Origin: Myxococcota bacterium
GTDB taxonomy: Bacteria; Myxococcota_A; UBA796; UBA2385
DNA length: 64,000 nt
Assembly (NCBI GenBank): GCA_044344255.1
Contig: JBIJDH010000003.1
Location: 288,001-352,000, forward strand
Direction: 5' to 3'
Shown: positions 1 through 10,353 of the stretch, in pieces
How the letters are laid out: every line of letters begins with the position of its first letter
How positions within the stretch are numbered: position 1 is the first letter of the stretch
Notes under the pieces: generated by a model
What the model saw: only the letters and a program-made list of their open reading frames with translations
The model's database searches: none
Told to the model about the DNA's origin: nothing
Translations under genes and position numbers: made by a program

Positions 1-2160
1 CTCATCCCCGCCTTCCCTCTGTTGGGGGCGATCGTCCTCGGGCTGCTCAACCGCCGGGCTTCCCGTACGGTCGCGGGCGGCATCGCCACCGCCATGGTCG
101 CCATCAGCGCCCTCCTGTCGTTCTGGGCGCTGAAGACCTTGACTGGACTCCACGGTGCGGAGGGTGAGGCCCCGCGCCTCGCCCATACGCTCTACTCGTG
201 GTTGGCCGTCGGCGAGCTCAAGGTGGACATCGGCTTCGTCGCGGATCCGCTGTCGGCCACGATGATGTGTGTCATCACGGGCGTCGGCTCGCTGATTCAC
301 CTCTACTCCATCGGGTATATGGACGAAGACAAGGACGCGAGCAGCGTGTGGCGCTTCTTCGCCTACCTGAACCTGTTCGTCTTCTCGATGCTCCTGCTCG
401 TCATGGGGAGCAACTTCATCCTGATGTTTGTGGGCTGGGAAGGTGTGGGGCTGTGCAGCTACCTGCTGATCGGCTTCTGGTACGAGAACACCGACTACGC
501 CGCGGCGGGCAAGAAGGCCTTCATCACCAACCGGGTGGGTGACTTCAGCTTCATCCTCGGTCTCTTCTGGCTCTTCTGGGCGCTCGGCGACAAGGCTACG
601 GTCGATTTTGTCGAGCTGCAGGCTGTGGTCGCGGCTAACCCGAACCTCGTCGGTGGCCTGGGCGGCTGCGCGATCACCTGCATCTGCCTCCTCTTCTTTG
701 GGGGCGCCACGGGCAAGAGCGCCCAGCTGCCGCTCTTCGTCTGGCTGCCAGATGCGATGGCCGGACCGACTCCGGTCTCCGCCCTCATCCATGCGGCGAC
801 GATGGTGACCAGCGGCATCTACATGATCTGCCGGCTGAACTTCCTCTATACGCTCGCTCCGGTGGCGATGGGCGTGGTTGCCACGATTGGCGCCTTGACG
901 GCCCTCTTCGCCGCCACCATCGCGATCAGCCAGAATGACATCAAGAAGGTCCTCGCGTACTCGACGGTCTCCCAGCTTGGGTACATGTTCCTGGGTGTCG
1001 GTACGGGCGGCTTCGTCGCCGGCTTCTTTCATGTGATGACCCACGCCTTCTTCAAGGCGCTGCTCTTCCTCGGCGCGGGTGCGGTGATCCACGCGCTCCA
1101 CCACGAGCAGGACATGCGGAACATGGGCGGCCTCCGTAAGAAGATGCCCATCACCTTCCTCGTGTTCTGCGCGGGTTGGCTCGCGATCATCGGCCTTCCG
1201 GGGCTGTCGGGCTTCTTCTCGAAGGACGAGATCCTCTGGCTCACCTGGGTGACTCCTCCCGCCCAGCTCGGCGTCGACTTCCCGCTACCGAAGATCTTGT
1301 GGGCGATCGGCGCGATCACAGCGGTGCTGACGGCCTTCTACATGAGCCGCTTGATGTTCATGACCTTCTTCGGCGAGTACCGGGGCGGCCATGGTCACGG
1401 CGGCCATGGTCAAGGCGACCATGGGGGTGGAGCCCACGGGCACGCTGCCGCTAGCGGCGATGCCCATGGACACGGTGGTCACAGCCCACACGAGGTGGGT
1501 CCGATCCTCTGGATCCCCCTCGCGATCCTCGCGCTGCTCTCGGTCTTCGGTGGGCTGTTCAACCTCCCGCACTGGGCCCCCGATGTGCTGCCCAAGGAGG
1601 CGCTGCATCACTTCATGGAGCCCATCTTCGCGGCCTCGAACCGCCTGTTGGCCCATGAGTATGGCTTCATGCAGTTCGCGGCGGAGCACGGTGCGGCCCA
1701 CGGAGAGGTCGCCGCGGCGGCCGTGGCGGAGGTCGAGGCAGGCGCGCCTGACGCATCCCATGAGATCCCGCTGATGGTGGCGCTGCTGTCGCTCATCGCC
1801 CTGTCGGTCTGGCTGGCGGCCGAGCTCTACATTCGCCGACCGAAGGACGTCGCGGCGGTGGTGGACGAGCTCCCCACCGCCCTCGTCCAAGGCTCTCGCA
1901 ACAAGTGGTACGTGGACGAGATCTACGGCGCCCTGATCATTCAGCCCATCGTGTTCGTGAGCCGGCACGTCCTGTCGCCGATCGTGGACGCGGGCATCAT
2001 CGATGGCATCGTGAACGGCGTCGGCTCTGCCGCCCGAGGCGTCGGTGGCTGGTACAGCCGCTCGGTGCAGATCGGGCAGGTGCAGGCCTACGCCCTGGCC
2101 ATCGCGGGTGGTACCGCGGTCATCGTCGTCTGGGTCGCCCTGTCGGCTGTGGGGTCGTAA
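1..2160 (+). CDS. nuoL: NADH-quinone oxidoreductase subunit L (5'-truncated by window edge)
   Basis: Frame open from base 1. Motifs GWEGVGLCSYLLIGFW, KSAQLPLFVWLPDAMAGPTPVSALIHAATMV and DIKKVLAYSTVSQLGYM. Confidence 0.97.
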   Translation, partial: LIPAFPLLGAIVLGLLNRRASRTVAGGIATAMVAISALLSFWALKTLTGLHGAEGEAPRLAHTLYSWLAVGELKVDIGFVADPLSATMMCVITGVGSLIHLYSIGYMDEDKDASSVWRFFAYLNLFVFSMLLLVMGSNFILMFVGWEGVGLCSYLLIGFWYENTDYAAAGKKAFITNRVGDFSFILGLFWLFWALGDKATVDFVELQAVVAANPNLVGGLGGCAITCICLLFFGGATGKSAQLPLFVWLPDAMAGPTPVSALIHAATMVTSGIYMICRLNFLYTLAPVAMGVVATIGALTALFAATIAISQNDIKKVLAYSTVSQLGYMFLGVGTGGFVAGFFHVMTHAFFKALLFLGAGAVIHALHHEQDMRNMGGLRKKMPITFLVFCAGWLAIIGLPGLSGFFSKDEILWLTWVTPPAQLGVDFPLPKILWAIGAITAVLTAFYMSRLMFMTFFGEYRGGHGHGGHGQGDHGGGAHGHAAASGDAHGHGGHSPHEVGPILWIPLAILALLSVFGGLFNLPHWAPDVLPKEALHHFMEPIFAASNRLLAHEYGFMQFAAEHGAAHGEVAAAAVAEVEAGAPDASHEIPLMVALLSLIALSVWLAAELYIRRPKDVAAVVDELPTALVQGSRNKWYVDEIYGALIIQPIVFVSRHVLSPIVDAGIIDGIVNGVGSAARGVGGWYSRSVQIGQVQAYALAIAGGTAVIVVWVALSAVGS

Positions 2161-3773
2161 TGGACCACCTCCTCAGCATCGTCACCTTCCTCCCTCTGCT
2201 CGGCGCGCTGGCTTGTTTCCTGACGCCCGGCGAGGTCGCCAAGAAGCTGGCCCTCGCCGTGTCAGGGCTCACGTTCTTCGCGTCCCTGCCCCTCTGGCGG
2301 ATGTACGACCCCGCCGCAAAGGGCCCCATCCCTGGGTGGGAGACCTTTCAGGCGGTGGAAGGTCCATATCCGTGGATCAAGGATCTTGGAATCTCGTACT
2401 ACGTCGGCATCGACGGGGTCGCGCTCCTGCTGGTCCTGCTCACCACCTTCCTGACGCCCATCGTCATCTTCTCGAGCTTCAACAATGTGAAGGAGAAGGT
2501 GCACCAGTACATGGGCTTCATGCTGATGTTGGAGACGGGCATGCTCGGGGCCTTCGTGGCGCTCGACACGTTCCTCTTCTACGTGTTTTGGGAGCTCATG
2601 CTCATCCCGATGTACTTCATCATCGGCATGTGGGGTGGCCCGAAGCGCATCTACGCGACGGTCAAGTTCTTTATCTACACGATGCTCGGCTCGCTGCTGA
2701 TGCTGGTGGCGATCCTCGGCCTGTACGTGGCGCACCATGACCAGCTCCACACTTGGTCGGCCAACATCTTCGAGCTCTACAAGGTCAGCGTGGGCTACCG
2801 CGATCAGCTCTGGATGTTTGGCTTCTTCGCGCTGGCCTTCGCGATCAAGGTCCCGATGTTTCCGGTCCACACCTGGCTCCCGGACGCCCACGTTGAGGCG
2901 CCGACCGGCGGCTCCGTGATCCTCGCCGGTGTGCTCCTCAAGCTGGGGACCTTTGGCTTCCTCCGGTACGCGATGCCGCTCTTCCCCGAGGCGGCACACA
3001 CCTACGCGCCGCTGCTCATCGGCCTCTCGGTGGTGGGCATCATCTACGGCGCGCTCGTCGCGATGGTGCAGAGTGACATCAAGAAGCTCGTCGCCTACTC
3101 CTCGGTGAGCCACATGGGCGTCGTGATGCTGGGCCTCTTCGCGATGAACGCCGAGGGGGTCAGCGGCGCGGTCTACCAGATGCTCAGCCACGGCATCTCG
3201 ACCGGCGCGCTCTTCCTCCTGGTCGGTGTGATGTACGAACGTCGCCACACCCGGGCCATCTCGGAGTACGGGGGCCTCGCCTCCGTGGTGCCGGTCTACA
3301 GCTTCTTGCTCGTGGTGGTCACCTTCTCTTCGATCGGCCTGCCGGGTATGAACGGCTTCGTCGGGGAGCTCCTGGTGCTCCTCGGCAGCTTTGGCCCCCA
3401 CCCGGTCGCGACCTCCTTCGCCGCGACGGGGGTGATCCTGGGCGCCGTCTACATGTTGTGGATGGTTCAGCGGGTGGTCTTCGGTCCGCTCACTCACCAT
3501 GAGAACAAGAAGCTCGAGGACATCAACGGCGCCGAGCTGACCTACATGGTCCCGCTCATCGCGCTCATCTTCCTCATGGGCTTGTTCCCGGGTCCGATCC
3601 TGTCGAAGATGGCGCCCTCCATCGACCGGGTGCTGGTCGAGATGGACGCCGCCGAGCGGGTCTTCCTGCTGGCCGACACCACGGCCTCGGGCCAGGAGCA
3701 CACCACGGCCTCGGGCCAGGAGCACACCACGGCCTCGGGCCAGGAGCACAGTGCCGCTCCAGGAGAGAACTGA
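2160..3773 (+). CDS. nuoM: NADH-quinone oxidoreductase subunit M
   Basis: ATG overlaps the nuoL stop (TAATG). Motifs FYVFWELMLIPMY, AIKVPMFPVHTWLPDAHVEAPT and DIKKLVAYSSVSHMG. Confidence 0.97.
   Translation: MDHLLSIVTFLPLLGALACFLTPGEVAKKLALAVSGLTFFASLPLWRMYDPAAKGPIPGWETFQAVEGPYPWIKDLGISYYVGIDGVALLLVLLTTFLTPIVIFSSFNNVKEKVHQYMGFMLMLETGMLGAFVALDTFLFYVFWELMLIPMYFIIGMWGGPKRIYATVKFFIYTMLGSLLMLVAILGLYVAHHDQLHTWSANIFELYKVSVGYRDQLWMFGFFALAFAIKVPMFPVHTWLPDAHVEAPTGGSVILAGVLLKLGTFGFLRYAMPLFPEAAHTYAPLLIGLSVVGIIYGALVAMVQSDIKKLVAYSSVSHMGVVMLGLFAMNAEGVSGAVYQMLSHGISTGALFLLVGVMYERRHTRAISEYGGLASVVPVYSFLLVVVTFSSIGLPGMNGFVGELLVLLGSFGPHPVATSFAATGVILGAVYMLWMVQRVVFGPLTHHENKKLEDINGAELTYMVPLIALIFLMGLFPGPILSKMAPSIDRVLVEMDAAERVFLLADTTASGQEHTTASGQEHTTASGQEHSAAPGEN
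3676..3750 (+). repeat. 24-bp tandem repeat x3 (ACACCACGGCCTCGGGCCAGGAGC) encoding TTASGQEH in the NuoM C-terminal tail
   Basis: Three identical units read directly at 3676, 3700 and 3724. Confidence 0.95.
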
Positions 3774-3774
3774 G

Positions 3775-5271
3775 ATGATGAGCTTCTCTCCCGCTGAGCT
3801 CAAGCTCATCGGCCCCATGGTTGTCCTCTTCGTGTTCGGCATGTTGGCCATGGTCCTGCCTTTCACGAAGCTCATGAGCGGTCGTAACGGCACCGGTGGT
3901 GTGGCGACGATGACCGGGATCGGCTTCGTCACCGCTCTCGGGATGGCTGTGCTCCAGTTCCGAGGTCTCGAGGTGTCGCGGGAGGCCTTCAGCGGGATGG
4001 TGGCGGTGGACGGCTACGCGCTGTTCATCCACATCGTCATCTTGCTGGCTGGCCTCGGCTCGCTGGTCGTCGGTCACGACTACCTTCGGCGCGTCGGTGT
4101 CGCGGTCCCGGAGTACTACTCGCTCCTGTCGTTCACGGCGCTGGGGATGATGCTGCTCGCCTCTTCCGGCGACCTCATCATGCTCTTCGTCGCCCTGGAG
4201 GTGATGAGCGTGGGGCTCTATGTGCTCTGTGGCATCAACCGAGGGGAGTGGCGCGCGGTCGAAGGGGCCTTCAAATACCTCATCCTCGGCGCCTTCTCGT
4301 CGGCGATCATGGTGTACGGCATCGCCTACATCTATGGCGCCACCGGCACCACCCGGCTCACCGTCATCGCCGAGTGGTTCGCGGCCGGGCACACGCTGCA
4401 CGACTCGCCCATCCTCGCCGTTGGCCTCGGCATGCTGGTGGTGGGTTTCGCCTTCAAGGTGGCCGCCTTCCCCTTTCATATGTGGAGCCCGGACGTCTAC
4501 CAGGGCGCGCCAACCTCGGTCACGCTCTGGATGGCCTCAGGTGTGAAGGCGGCGGCCTTCGCGGCCTTCGGTCGTGTGCTCTTCGTCGGGTTCTTGCACG
4601 CCAAGGAAGAGTGGGTGGCCGTCCTGTGGACGCTCTCCGCGCTGTCGATGGTCGGCGGGAACGTGGCGGCCCTCGTGCAGACCGACCTCAAGCGGATGCT
4701 GGCCTTCAGCTCGGTCGGACACGCAGGCTACCTCTTGATGGCGCTCGTGGCGGCACCGGAGGGCGGCCTCGCAGAGAACCCCCGCATGGGCGGCCTGCTC
4801 TTTTACCTGTTGGCGTACACCGTCATGAACATCGGCGCCTTCGCCGCTGTGAGCATGCTCACCAAAGACGGGGCGGACGACACCCGCATCGAGCGCCTCG
4901 CAGGGTTGGGCGCTCGTAAGCCTGTGCTCGCCCTCGCGCTCACGGTCTGTCTGTTCTCCCTCGCGGGCATCCCGCCCACCATGGGCTTCGTCGGCAAGTT
5001 CTACCTCTTCGCCTCGGTGATCGAGGGCGGTCACACCGGACTGGCCATCGTTGGCGCGCTCTCCGGGGCCTTGGGCGTCTACTATTACCTCCGGCCGATG
5101 GTGCTGATGTACATGCGCCCGTCGCCGGCCGACGCGCCCGTCGAGTCCACCAGCCCCAGCTCGACCTGGGCCCTGTGCGGAGCGGCTGCGGTGCTGCTCC
5201 TCCTTGGCCTGATGCCGGGGATGGTGGTGGACTGGGCTCGGTCCTCGGTGCTCTCGATCTTCGCGGGCTGA
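3775..5271 (+). CDS. nuoN: NADH-quinone oxidoreductase subunit N
   Basis: Motifs EGAFKYLILG, FKVAAFPFHMWSPDVYQGAPT and SLAGIPPTMGFVGKF. AGGAG RBS upstream. Confidence 0.96.
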   Translation: MMSFSPAELKLIGPMVVLFVFGMLAMVLPFTKLMSGRNGTGGVATMTGIGFVTALGMAVLQFRGLEVSREAFSGMVAVDGYALFIHIVILLAGLGSLVVGHDYLRRVGVAVPEYYSLLSFTALGMMLLASSGDLIMLFVALEVMSVGLYVLCGINRGEWRAVEGAFKYLILGAFSSAIMVYGIAYIYGATGTTRLTVIAEWFAAGHTLHDSPILAVGLGMLVVGFAFKVAAFPFHMWSPDVYQGAPTSVTLWMASGVKAAAFAAFGRVLFVGFLHAKEEWVAVLWTLSALSMVGGNVAALVQTDLKRMLAFSSVGHAGYLLMALVAAPEGGLAENPRMGGLLFYLLAYTVMNIGAFAAVSMLTKDGADDTRIERLAGLGARKPVLALALTVCLFSLAGIPPTMGFVGKFYLFASVIEGGHTGLAIVGALSGALGVYYYLRPMVLMYMRPSPADAPVESTSPSSTWALCGAAAVLLLLGLMPGMVVDWARSSVLSIFAG

Positions 5272-5397
5272 TCGCTTTCCAGCATCCGGTTTGCGAGGGC
5301 GGTGCGCGCCCAGGTATACTGGTGGCTCGGTGCCTCGCACTCCGCCCGTCGTGTGGAGGGTCGCGGGGCGCCTGGAACGCTTCAGCAGGGGCCCCTC

Positions 5398-7170
5398 ATG
5401 AGCACCTTTCGACTCGCCCTCCTCGTCAGCCTCGCCCTCGCTGCTTGTAAGGGGAAGGGCTCGTCCAGCGACGAAGGGGGCGACGGCGGAGGGGACGCCG
5501 TCCTGGAGCTCTACCCCCCCAAGGGCGGGCAAGGTCAGACGGTCGACGTCTCGCTGAGCGCCTCGCGCTCCCTCTTTCAGTTCGGGGCGACGGAGGTTGA
5601 ATTCGGCGACGGCGTGATCGTGAACACGGTTGACGTCGATGACGGCTGGGGCGCACGCGCCAACGTCACCGTCGAGGCTGACGCCGCCCTCGGCCTGCGT
5701 GACGTCACCGTTCACTCCGGTGACCGAGACTATGACCTCCTCGGGAGCTTTGAGGTCATCTCGGAGAGCTTCGAGATCAGCCCCGCCCGCGCCCGCATCG
5801 GCGAGACCGTCGCGGTCGACATGGTCGGACACAACACCCAGTGGGAAGGGGGCGTCACCTGGCCCTCCTTCGGGGATGGGGTCACGGTGCAGGACTTCAC
5901 CATCCTGTCCGAGACCCTCGCGGAGGCCACGCTCTCGGTCGACACCGCCACCGCTCCCGGTTGGCGAAACGTCGTGATGGACAACGGCGGCGGAGACCTC
6001 GTCACCCTCTATGACGGCTTCCAGGTCGACCGCGTCGCCCTCGCCGCGACCTTCGATCCCGTGATCGCGGAGCAGGGCGAGACCGTCGAGTTCACGATCA
6101 AGGCCCGCGGGACGGACTTCCTCAGCAGCACTCCTCAGATCACCTTCTTCGACCGCTTCGGTGAGAACCCGGACATCGTGGTCGACACGGTCACGGTCCT
6201 CGACGCAGAGAACCTCTACGGGCAGATGACCCTCTCCAACGCCGCCGCCCTCGGTGACCGAGACGTGCTGCTGGCCACCCCGGGTGAGGGCGTGCTGATC
6301 CCCGATGCCTTCGAGGTGGTGAGCGGAGATTGGAACCTCGAAGAGGTGGCGATTGACCTCAGCTTCGTGGTGGTCCGTGAGAAGGACAACAACACCGGCG
6401 AGATATACGAGAGCGTCCGCGCGAGCGTCGTGTTCTACATCCCGCTTGACCCCCCTTGTCCCACGGGCGGGGGCTCTGGCTCTGGCTCCGGCTCCCTCGG
6501 CGATCCGTCCCCCTACGACGAGAACGGCGTCTGGGCCGTGACGGGCGAGGGCTCTGGCTCGGAGGAGGACTGCCCCTACCCGACGACCATCCCCGCCGGC
6601 GACTACGTCTGGCTCGAGTCGGCCGCCAACACCATCACGATGGACAAGGTGGAGGATCCCTCCACCGGCGGCGTGTACTACTCCGCCTCCGGCCTTACTT
6701 TCGACGACTACGTCACGAACAACTGGTACGACCTGCACACCCAGGGTCAGGTGGATGGCATCGGTGAGTACACGCTGCCCGCCGTGCAGCCCACCGTCCC
6801 CGCCGACTGGCAGTGGCTGAGCCCGGACCTCCACAACAACTACACGCACAACCGGGCCGAGGACTTCGCCTTCACCTGGACGCCGGCGATGACGTACCCG
6901 GACGCGATGTTCTTCGTGTCCATCTGGTCCAAGAGCGCGCCGGGGCCGATGGCGACGGAGAACTACGTCGGCTACGGCGCGGTCATCCCCTGGGATGATG
7001 GCTCTCACCAGTTCGCCGCCTCCGAGATGAGCCAGTTCGCGGCGGGGAGCGTGCCGGTCTACGCCTACAGCATCATCCAGGGCCCCGAGTTCGGTCTCCC
7101 GGAGAGCATCTACCAGGAGAACGTCGCGGTCTCCTACATCTACCTCGCCCAGTACATGGTCCTGGAGTAG
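5398..7170 (+). CDS. Lipoprotein with three tandem Ig-like (IPT/QH-AmDH alpha-like) repeats and an acidic C-terminal domain
   Basis: Lipobox LAAC. Repeated pattern P..(A/G).QG.TV....FG.GV.V....A..G.R(D/N)V. Confidence 0.7.
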   Translation: MSTFRLALLVSLALAACKGKGSSSDEGGDGGGDAVLELYPPKGGQGQTVDVSLSASRSLFQFGATEVEFGDGVIVNTVDVDDGWGARANVTVEADAALGLRDVTVHSGDRDYDLLGSFEVISESFEISPARARIGETVAVDMVGHNTQWEGGVTWPSFGDGVTVQDFTILSETLAEATLSVDTATAPGWRNVVMDNGGGDLVTLYDGFQVDRVALAATFDPVIAEQGETVEFTIKARGTDFLSSTPQITFFDRFGENPDIVVDTVTVLDAENLYGQMTLSNAAALGDRDVLLATPGEGVLIPDAFEVVSGDWNLEEVAIDLSFVVVREKDNNTGEIYESVRASVVFYIPLDPPCPTGGGSGSGSGSLGDPSPYDENGVWAVTGEGSGSEEDCPYPTTIPAGDYVWLESAANTITMDKVEDPSTGGVYYSASGLTFDDYVTNNWYDLHTQGQVDGIGEYTLPAVQPTVPADWQWLSPDLHNNYTHNRAEDFAFTWTPAMTYPDAMFFVSIWSKSAPGPMATENYVGYGAVIPWDDGSHQFAASEMSQFAAGSVPVYAYSIIQGPEFGLPESIYQENVAVSYIYLAQYMVLE

Positions 7171-7173
7171 GGC

Positions 7174-8073
7174 GTGCCCTTTCGATGGTCCCGGTTGACG
7201 GTCCTCCCCTTTGTGGTGTGCGTCGGAGTCCTCTCCGCCTGCAAGAACGACCAGGGTATCAATGAGCTCCGCTTCGAGAAGGTCGCGGTCGCCACCGGCG
7301 ACTTTGATCAGGTCGAGGACGCGCTAAATCGTGCGGGCGTCGCGCAGGAGGTCTACGAGGGCTACACGCAGGCCTCCGTCTACGACCCCGAGGCCGACCC
7401 TCAGCAGAATTCCTTGAAGATCGAGGCGCTCTTTCACGACGGAGACGAGAACGGCAACCCGATCCTCTACACCTACGACGCCGTCTTCCTGAACTCTGGG
7501 GCCCGCGGCTTCGGGAGCGTCGTCTACAACGACGTGGACGCCCCCGATGACGGGCTCGTCTCCGACCCGGTCGTGGTCACCGAGATCGCAGACTTCACGG
7601 CCCGCAGCCGCCTCGTCGTCGCCAGCGACTGGACCTACGACCTCGTCGAGGCCGCTTGGCCCGATCAGATCCAGTTCCTCAACGAGATCGAAGGCCTGGA
7701 CTCTGCGCAGGTGGGTATCAGCCCGAGCGTCATCGGCACCGTGACGGACACCGACATGGCGGACGCGCTCGGGGCCGATCAGGTCGAGCTGAACTTCGAC
7801 TTCAGCTACTGGGCGGTGATGGTGGACGCGGGGCCAGAGGCCAACGTACACGTCCGCGGTGACCTCGAGTACCGGGGAGAGGATGGGGAGGGCAGCCTCC
7901 GGCTCCAGGGCGTGCCGCTGCTCGTCTCGTTCAACACGGACGGCGGCGGCAAGGTGATCTACAGCGCTTTCTCTTGGCGGGCCCAGACGCAGCAGGTCAC
8001 CGACCTCATGCTCGCTTCGCTCATCGATGGCTTTGATGCCGGTAAATCCAGCGTGGGGGGCACCGATGGGTGA
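7174..8073 (+). CDS. Hypothetical acidic lipoprotein
   Basis: Lipobox LSAC. Lies 3 bp after the previous stop, with coding-type codon usage. Confidence 0.7.
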   Translation: MPFRWSRLTVLPFVVCVGVLSACKNDQGINELRFEKVAVATGDFDQVEDALNRAGVAQEVYEGYTQASVYDPEADPQQNSLKIEALFHDGDENGNPILYTYDAVFLNSGARGFGSVVYNDVDAPDDGLVSDPVVVTEIADFTARSRLVVASDWTYDLVEAAWPDQIQFLNEIEGLDSAQVGISPSVIGTVTDTDMADALGADQVELNFDFSYWAVMVDAGPEANVHVRGDLEYRGEDGEGSLRLQGVPLLVSFNTDGGGKVIYSAFSWRAQTQQVTDLMLASLIDGFDAGKSSVGGTDG

Positions 8074-9685
8074 TTCACCGAGAAGGGTGTGTGTCAGGGC
8101 TCCTTCCGGCATCGGCGGCCGGTGGGGCGCGCTCGGAGTCGGCGGGGCCCTCCTGGTCTCGGCGCTCGTGGGCTGCTCCGACTACAGCTACACGAGCCAG
8201 ACCAACAAGGACATCTTCCAACAGCGCCGACGGAACACCGTGGACGTTCTCATGGTGGTCGACAACTCGTGCTCGATGGCGGAGGAGCAGAACAAGCTCG
8301 CTTCGAACTTCGACGGATTCATCGAAGCCTTCAGCGGTGTCGATGTAGACTGGCAGATCGCGGTCACCACCACCGACACCCTCGACCCTGCACAGTCGGG
8401 TCACCTCCTCGGCGGTGATGATGAGGTCGTCCTCAAGTCGGCCGAGGGGCGGACGCTCGACCGCGTCGCCTGGAAGGCCACCTGGGGGATGACGGCGGGC
8501 GTGTCCCTGCAGCTCGATCGGGAGCTCCGCTCGCCCACGGACAACGACAGCCCGGAGAGCTGGTGCCCCTCGACGGCCAGCTTCGGTGACGGTGACCTCG
8601 GGAGCCCGGGCGCCGCCAACGAGAGCTGCGGAGCGCCCGTCGAAGAGGCCCCGCCGGTGGCCGATGACCTCGGTCCCCGCGAGCCGAACGCGAATGACAT
8701 CCTGTTCACCGAGATCATGGCTGATCCCTCCTCGGTGGCAGACGTCGCCGGAGAGTGGGTCGAGCTCCTCAACGTCTCGACCGACACCCTGGATCTCAGC
8801 GGCTGCGTGCTCGGAGATGAGGGCCGCAACAGCTTCGAGGTCCCCGCGGGGACGACGGTGGCGCCGGGCGCGACCGTCGTGTTCGGGCGCTCTGCCGACC
8901 TCGGCGTCAACGGGGGAGTGGTCGTTCAGGTTGAGACCCAGACCGCGATGACCCTCAACAACGACATCAAGGTGCTCACCCCCGACACCGAGGGCGCCGA
9001 CGAGATCTTCGGTGAGCTGGTGGCGGTCGGTGTCACGGGCTCCGGGATCGAGTCCGGCCTCGACGCGTCACGCCTCGCCCTCTCCGAGCCCCTCCTCTCC
9101 GGGGACAACGCGGGTTTTGTTCGCGAAGAGGCGAACATCTCGCTCATCTACGTCTCGGATGAGAACGACTACTCGCGCGACGGCGTCAGCGACTACCTCA
9201 CGTTCTTCCGCGACCTGAAGGGCGAGGATGCTTGGCGGGATCCGAGCTTCGTCACCATCAGCGCGGTGGCTGGCATTGAGGCCCCCGCCTACGAAGGGCA
9301 GCCCTCCTGCGAGTCCTCCAACGGCTTCGCGGCGTACGGCATCCGCTACGTCGATCTCGCCGCGCGCACCGACGGGGCGATCGAGAGCATCTGCAACGAG
9401 GACTTCTCGCCCATCGCGGCCGAGCTCGGGCTCACCGTCTCGGGGCTGGACGTCGAGTTCTTGCTCTCCGAGCAGCCGGTCATCTCGAGCCTCGTCGTCA
9501 AGCTGTACGAGACCGACGCCGAGAGCAGCCTGATGGGCGAGCTCGTGATCGACGTGGACTTCAGCTACGACGACGTGAAGAACGCCGTTGTCTTCGCGCC
9601 GCAGCAGGTCCCCCCGAGCCAGGCCTACATCGTGGCCGAATACAAGGTGGCGGCAGAGGGCGTCACCCAGGAGTCCGATCAATGA
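8066..9685 (+). CDS. vWA-domain lipoprotein (myxobacterial CglB-like vWA type) with an inserted lamin-tail domain (LTD)
   Basis: Lipobox LVGC. MIDAS-like DVLMVVDNSCSM..EEQ, IAVTTTD and LIYVSDEND. LTD motifs FTEIMADP...EWVELLN. Confidence 0.75.
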   Translation: MGDSPRRVCVRAPSGIGGRWGALGVGGALLVSALVGCSDYSYTSQTNKDIFQQRRRNTVDVLMVVDNSCSMAEEQNKLASNFDGFIEAFSGVDVDWQIAVTTTDTLDPAQSGHLLGGDDEVVLKSAEGRTLDRVAWKATWGMTAGVSLQLDRELRSPTDNDSPESWCPSTASFGDGDLGSPGAANESCGAPVEEAPPVADDLGPREPNANDILFTEIMADPSSVADVAGEWVELLNVSTDTLDLSGCVLGDEGRNSFEVPAGTTVAPGATVVFGRSADLGVNGGVVVQVETQTAMTLNNDIKVLTPDTEGADEIFGELVAVGVTGSGIESGLDASRLALSEPLLSGDNAGFVREEANISLIYVSDENDYSRDGVSDYLTFFRDLKGEDAWRDPSFVTISAVAGIEAPAYEGQPSCESSNGFAAYGIRYVDLAARTDGAIESICNEDFSPIAAELGLTVSGLDVEFLLSEQPVISSLVVKLYETDAESSLMGELVIDVDFSYDDVKNAVVFAPQQVPPSQAYIVAEYKVAAEGVTQESDQ

Positions 9686-10353
9686 TCAGGGGCGTGGCGC
9701 TGGTGCTGCTGGTGGGGCTGGGTGCGGGCTGCAAGGAGGATCAGGCGCAGTGCTCGGAGGCCTCGCCCTGCGAGGGCTTCGGGGAGACCTGCGTCCGCGG
9801 TGAGTGTGTGTCGCGGTCCTGTGCGAACAGCAGCCAGTGTCCGATGGAGCAGTTTTGCGAAGACGGATCTTGTGCCGAGGGCTGCGCCGAGGACTCCGAC
9901 TGTTATGCGGACAGCTTCTGCGCCGAGGGTAAGTGTGCCGCTTCGGGCTGCCGAGAGACCTCGCTCGACTGCGACTTCAAGGAGTTCTGTGATGTCGCGA
10001 CGGGCGACTGCTACGAGGCCGCTGGGTACTATTGTCGCGAGTGTCAGGACGACGCGGACTGTGGGGGCAACGGGAATACCTGCCTCGGCTTCGGAATGTA
10101 CGGAAACTACTGCGGCGTGACGTGTGAGACCTCGCTGGACTGCCCTGCCACGTTTGACTGTGTTCCCATCTCGGATTCCAGCGGTAACATCATCAGTCAG
10201 CAGTGCCTCACCTATTGCTGGATCTACATCACCGACGAAGAGGCAGCGCGGGTGGCGGCGGACACCCAGGGGCAGCCGGTCCCCGAGCCCACCCCGGTCG
10301 AGTCGCTGGTCTGCCCGGTCGAGCGCGAAGGCGCAGGAGCGATTCGTCGATGA
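9682..10353 (+). CDS. Cys-rich repeat lipoprotein
   Basis: Lipobox GAGC. Repeated C-x4-C-x5-C units. ATGA coupling to the upstream gene. Confidence 0.8.
   Translation: MIRGVALVLLVGLGAGCKEDQAQCSEASPCEGFGETCVRGECVSRSCANSSQCPMEQFCEDGSCAEGCAEDSDCYADSFCAEGKCAASGCRETSLDCDFKEFCDVATGDCYEAAGYYCRECQDDADCGGNGNTCLGFGMYGNYCGVTCETSLDCPATFDCVPISDSSGNIISQQCLTYCWIYITDEEAARVAADTQGQPVPEPTPVESLVCPVEREGAGAIRR

Noticed and set aside
1381..1495. His/Gly-rich insert in NuoL
   Set aside because: His-rich loops at this position are common in NuoL.
3676..3750. 24-bp repeats as a CRISPR array
   Set aside because: No spacers, the repeats are in frame within nuoM, and there are no cas genes.
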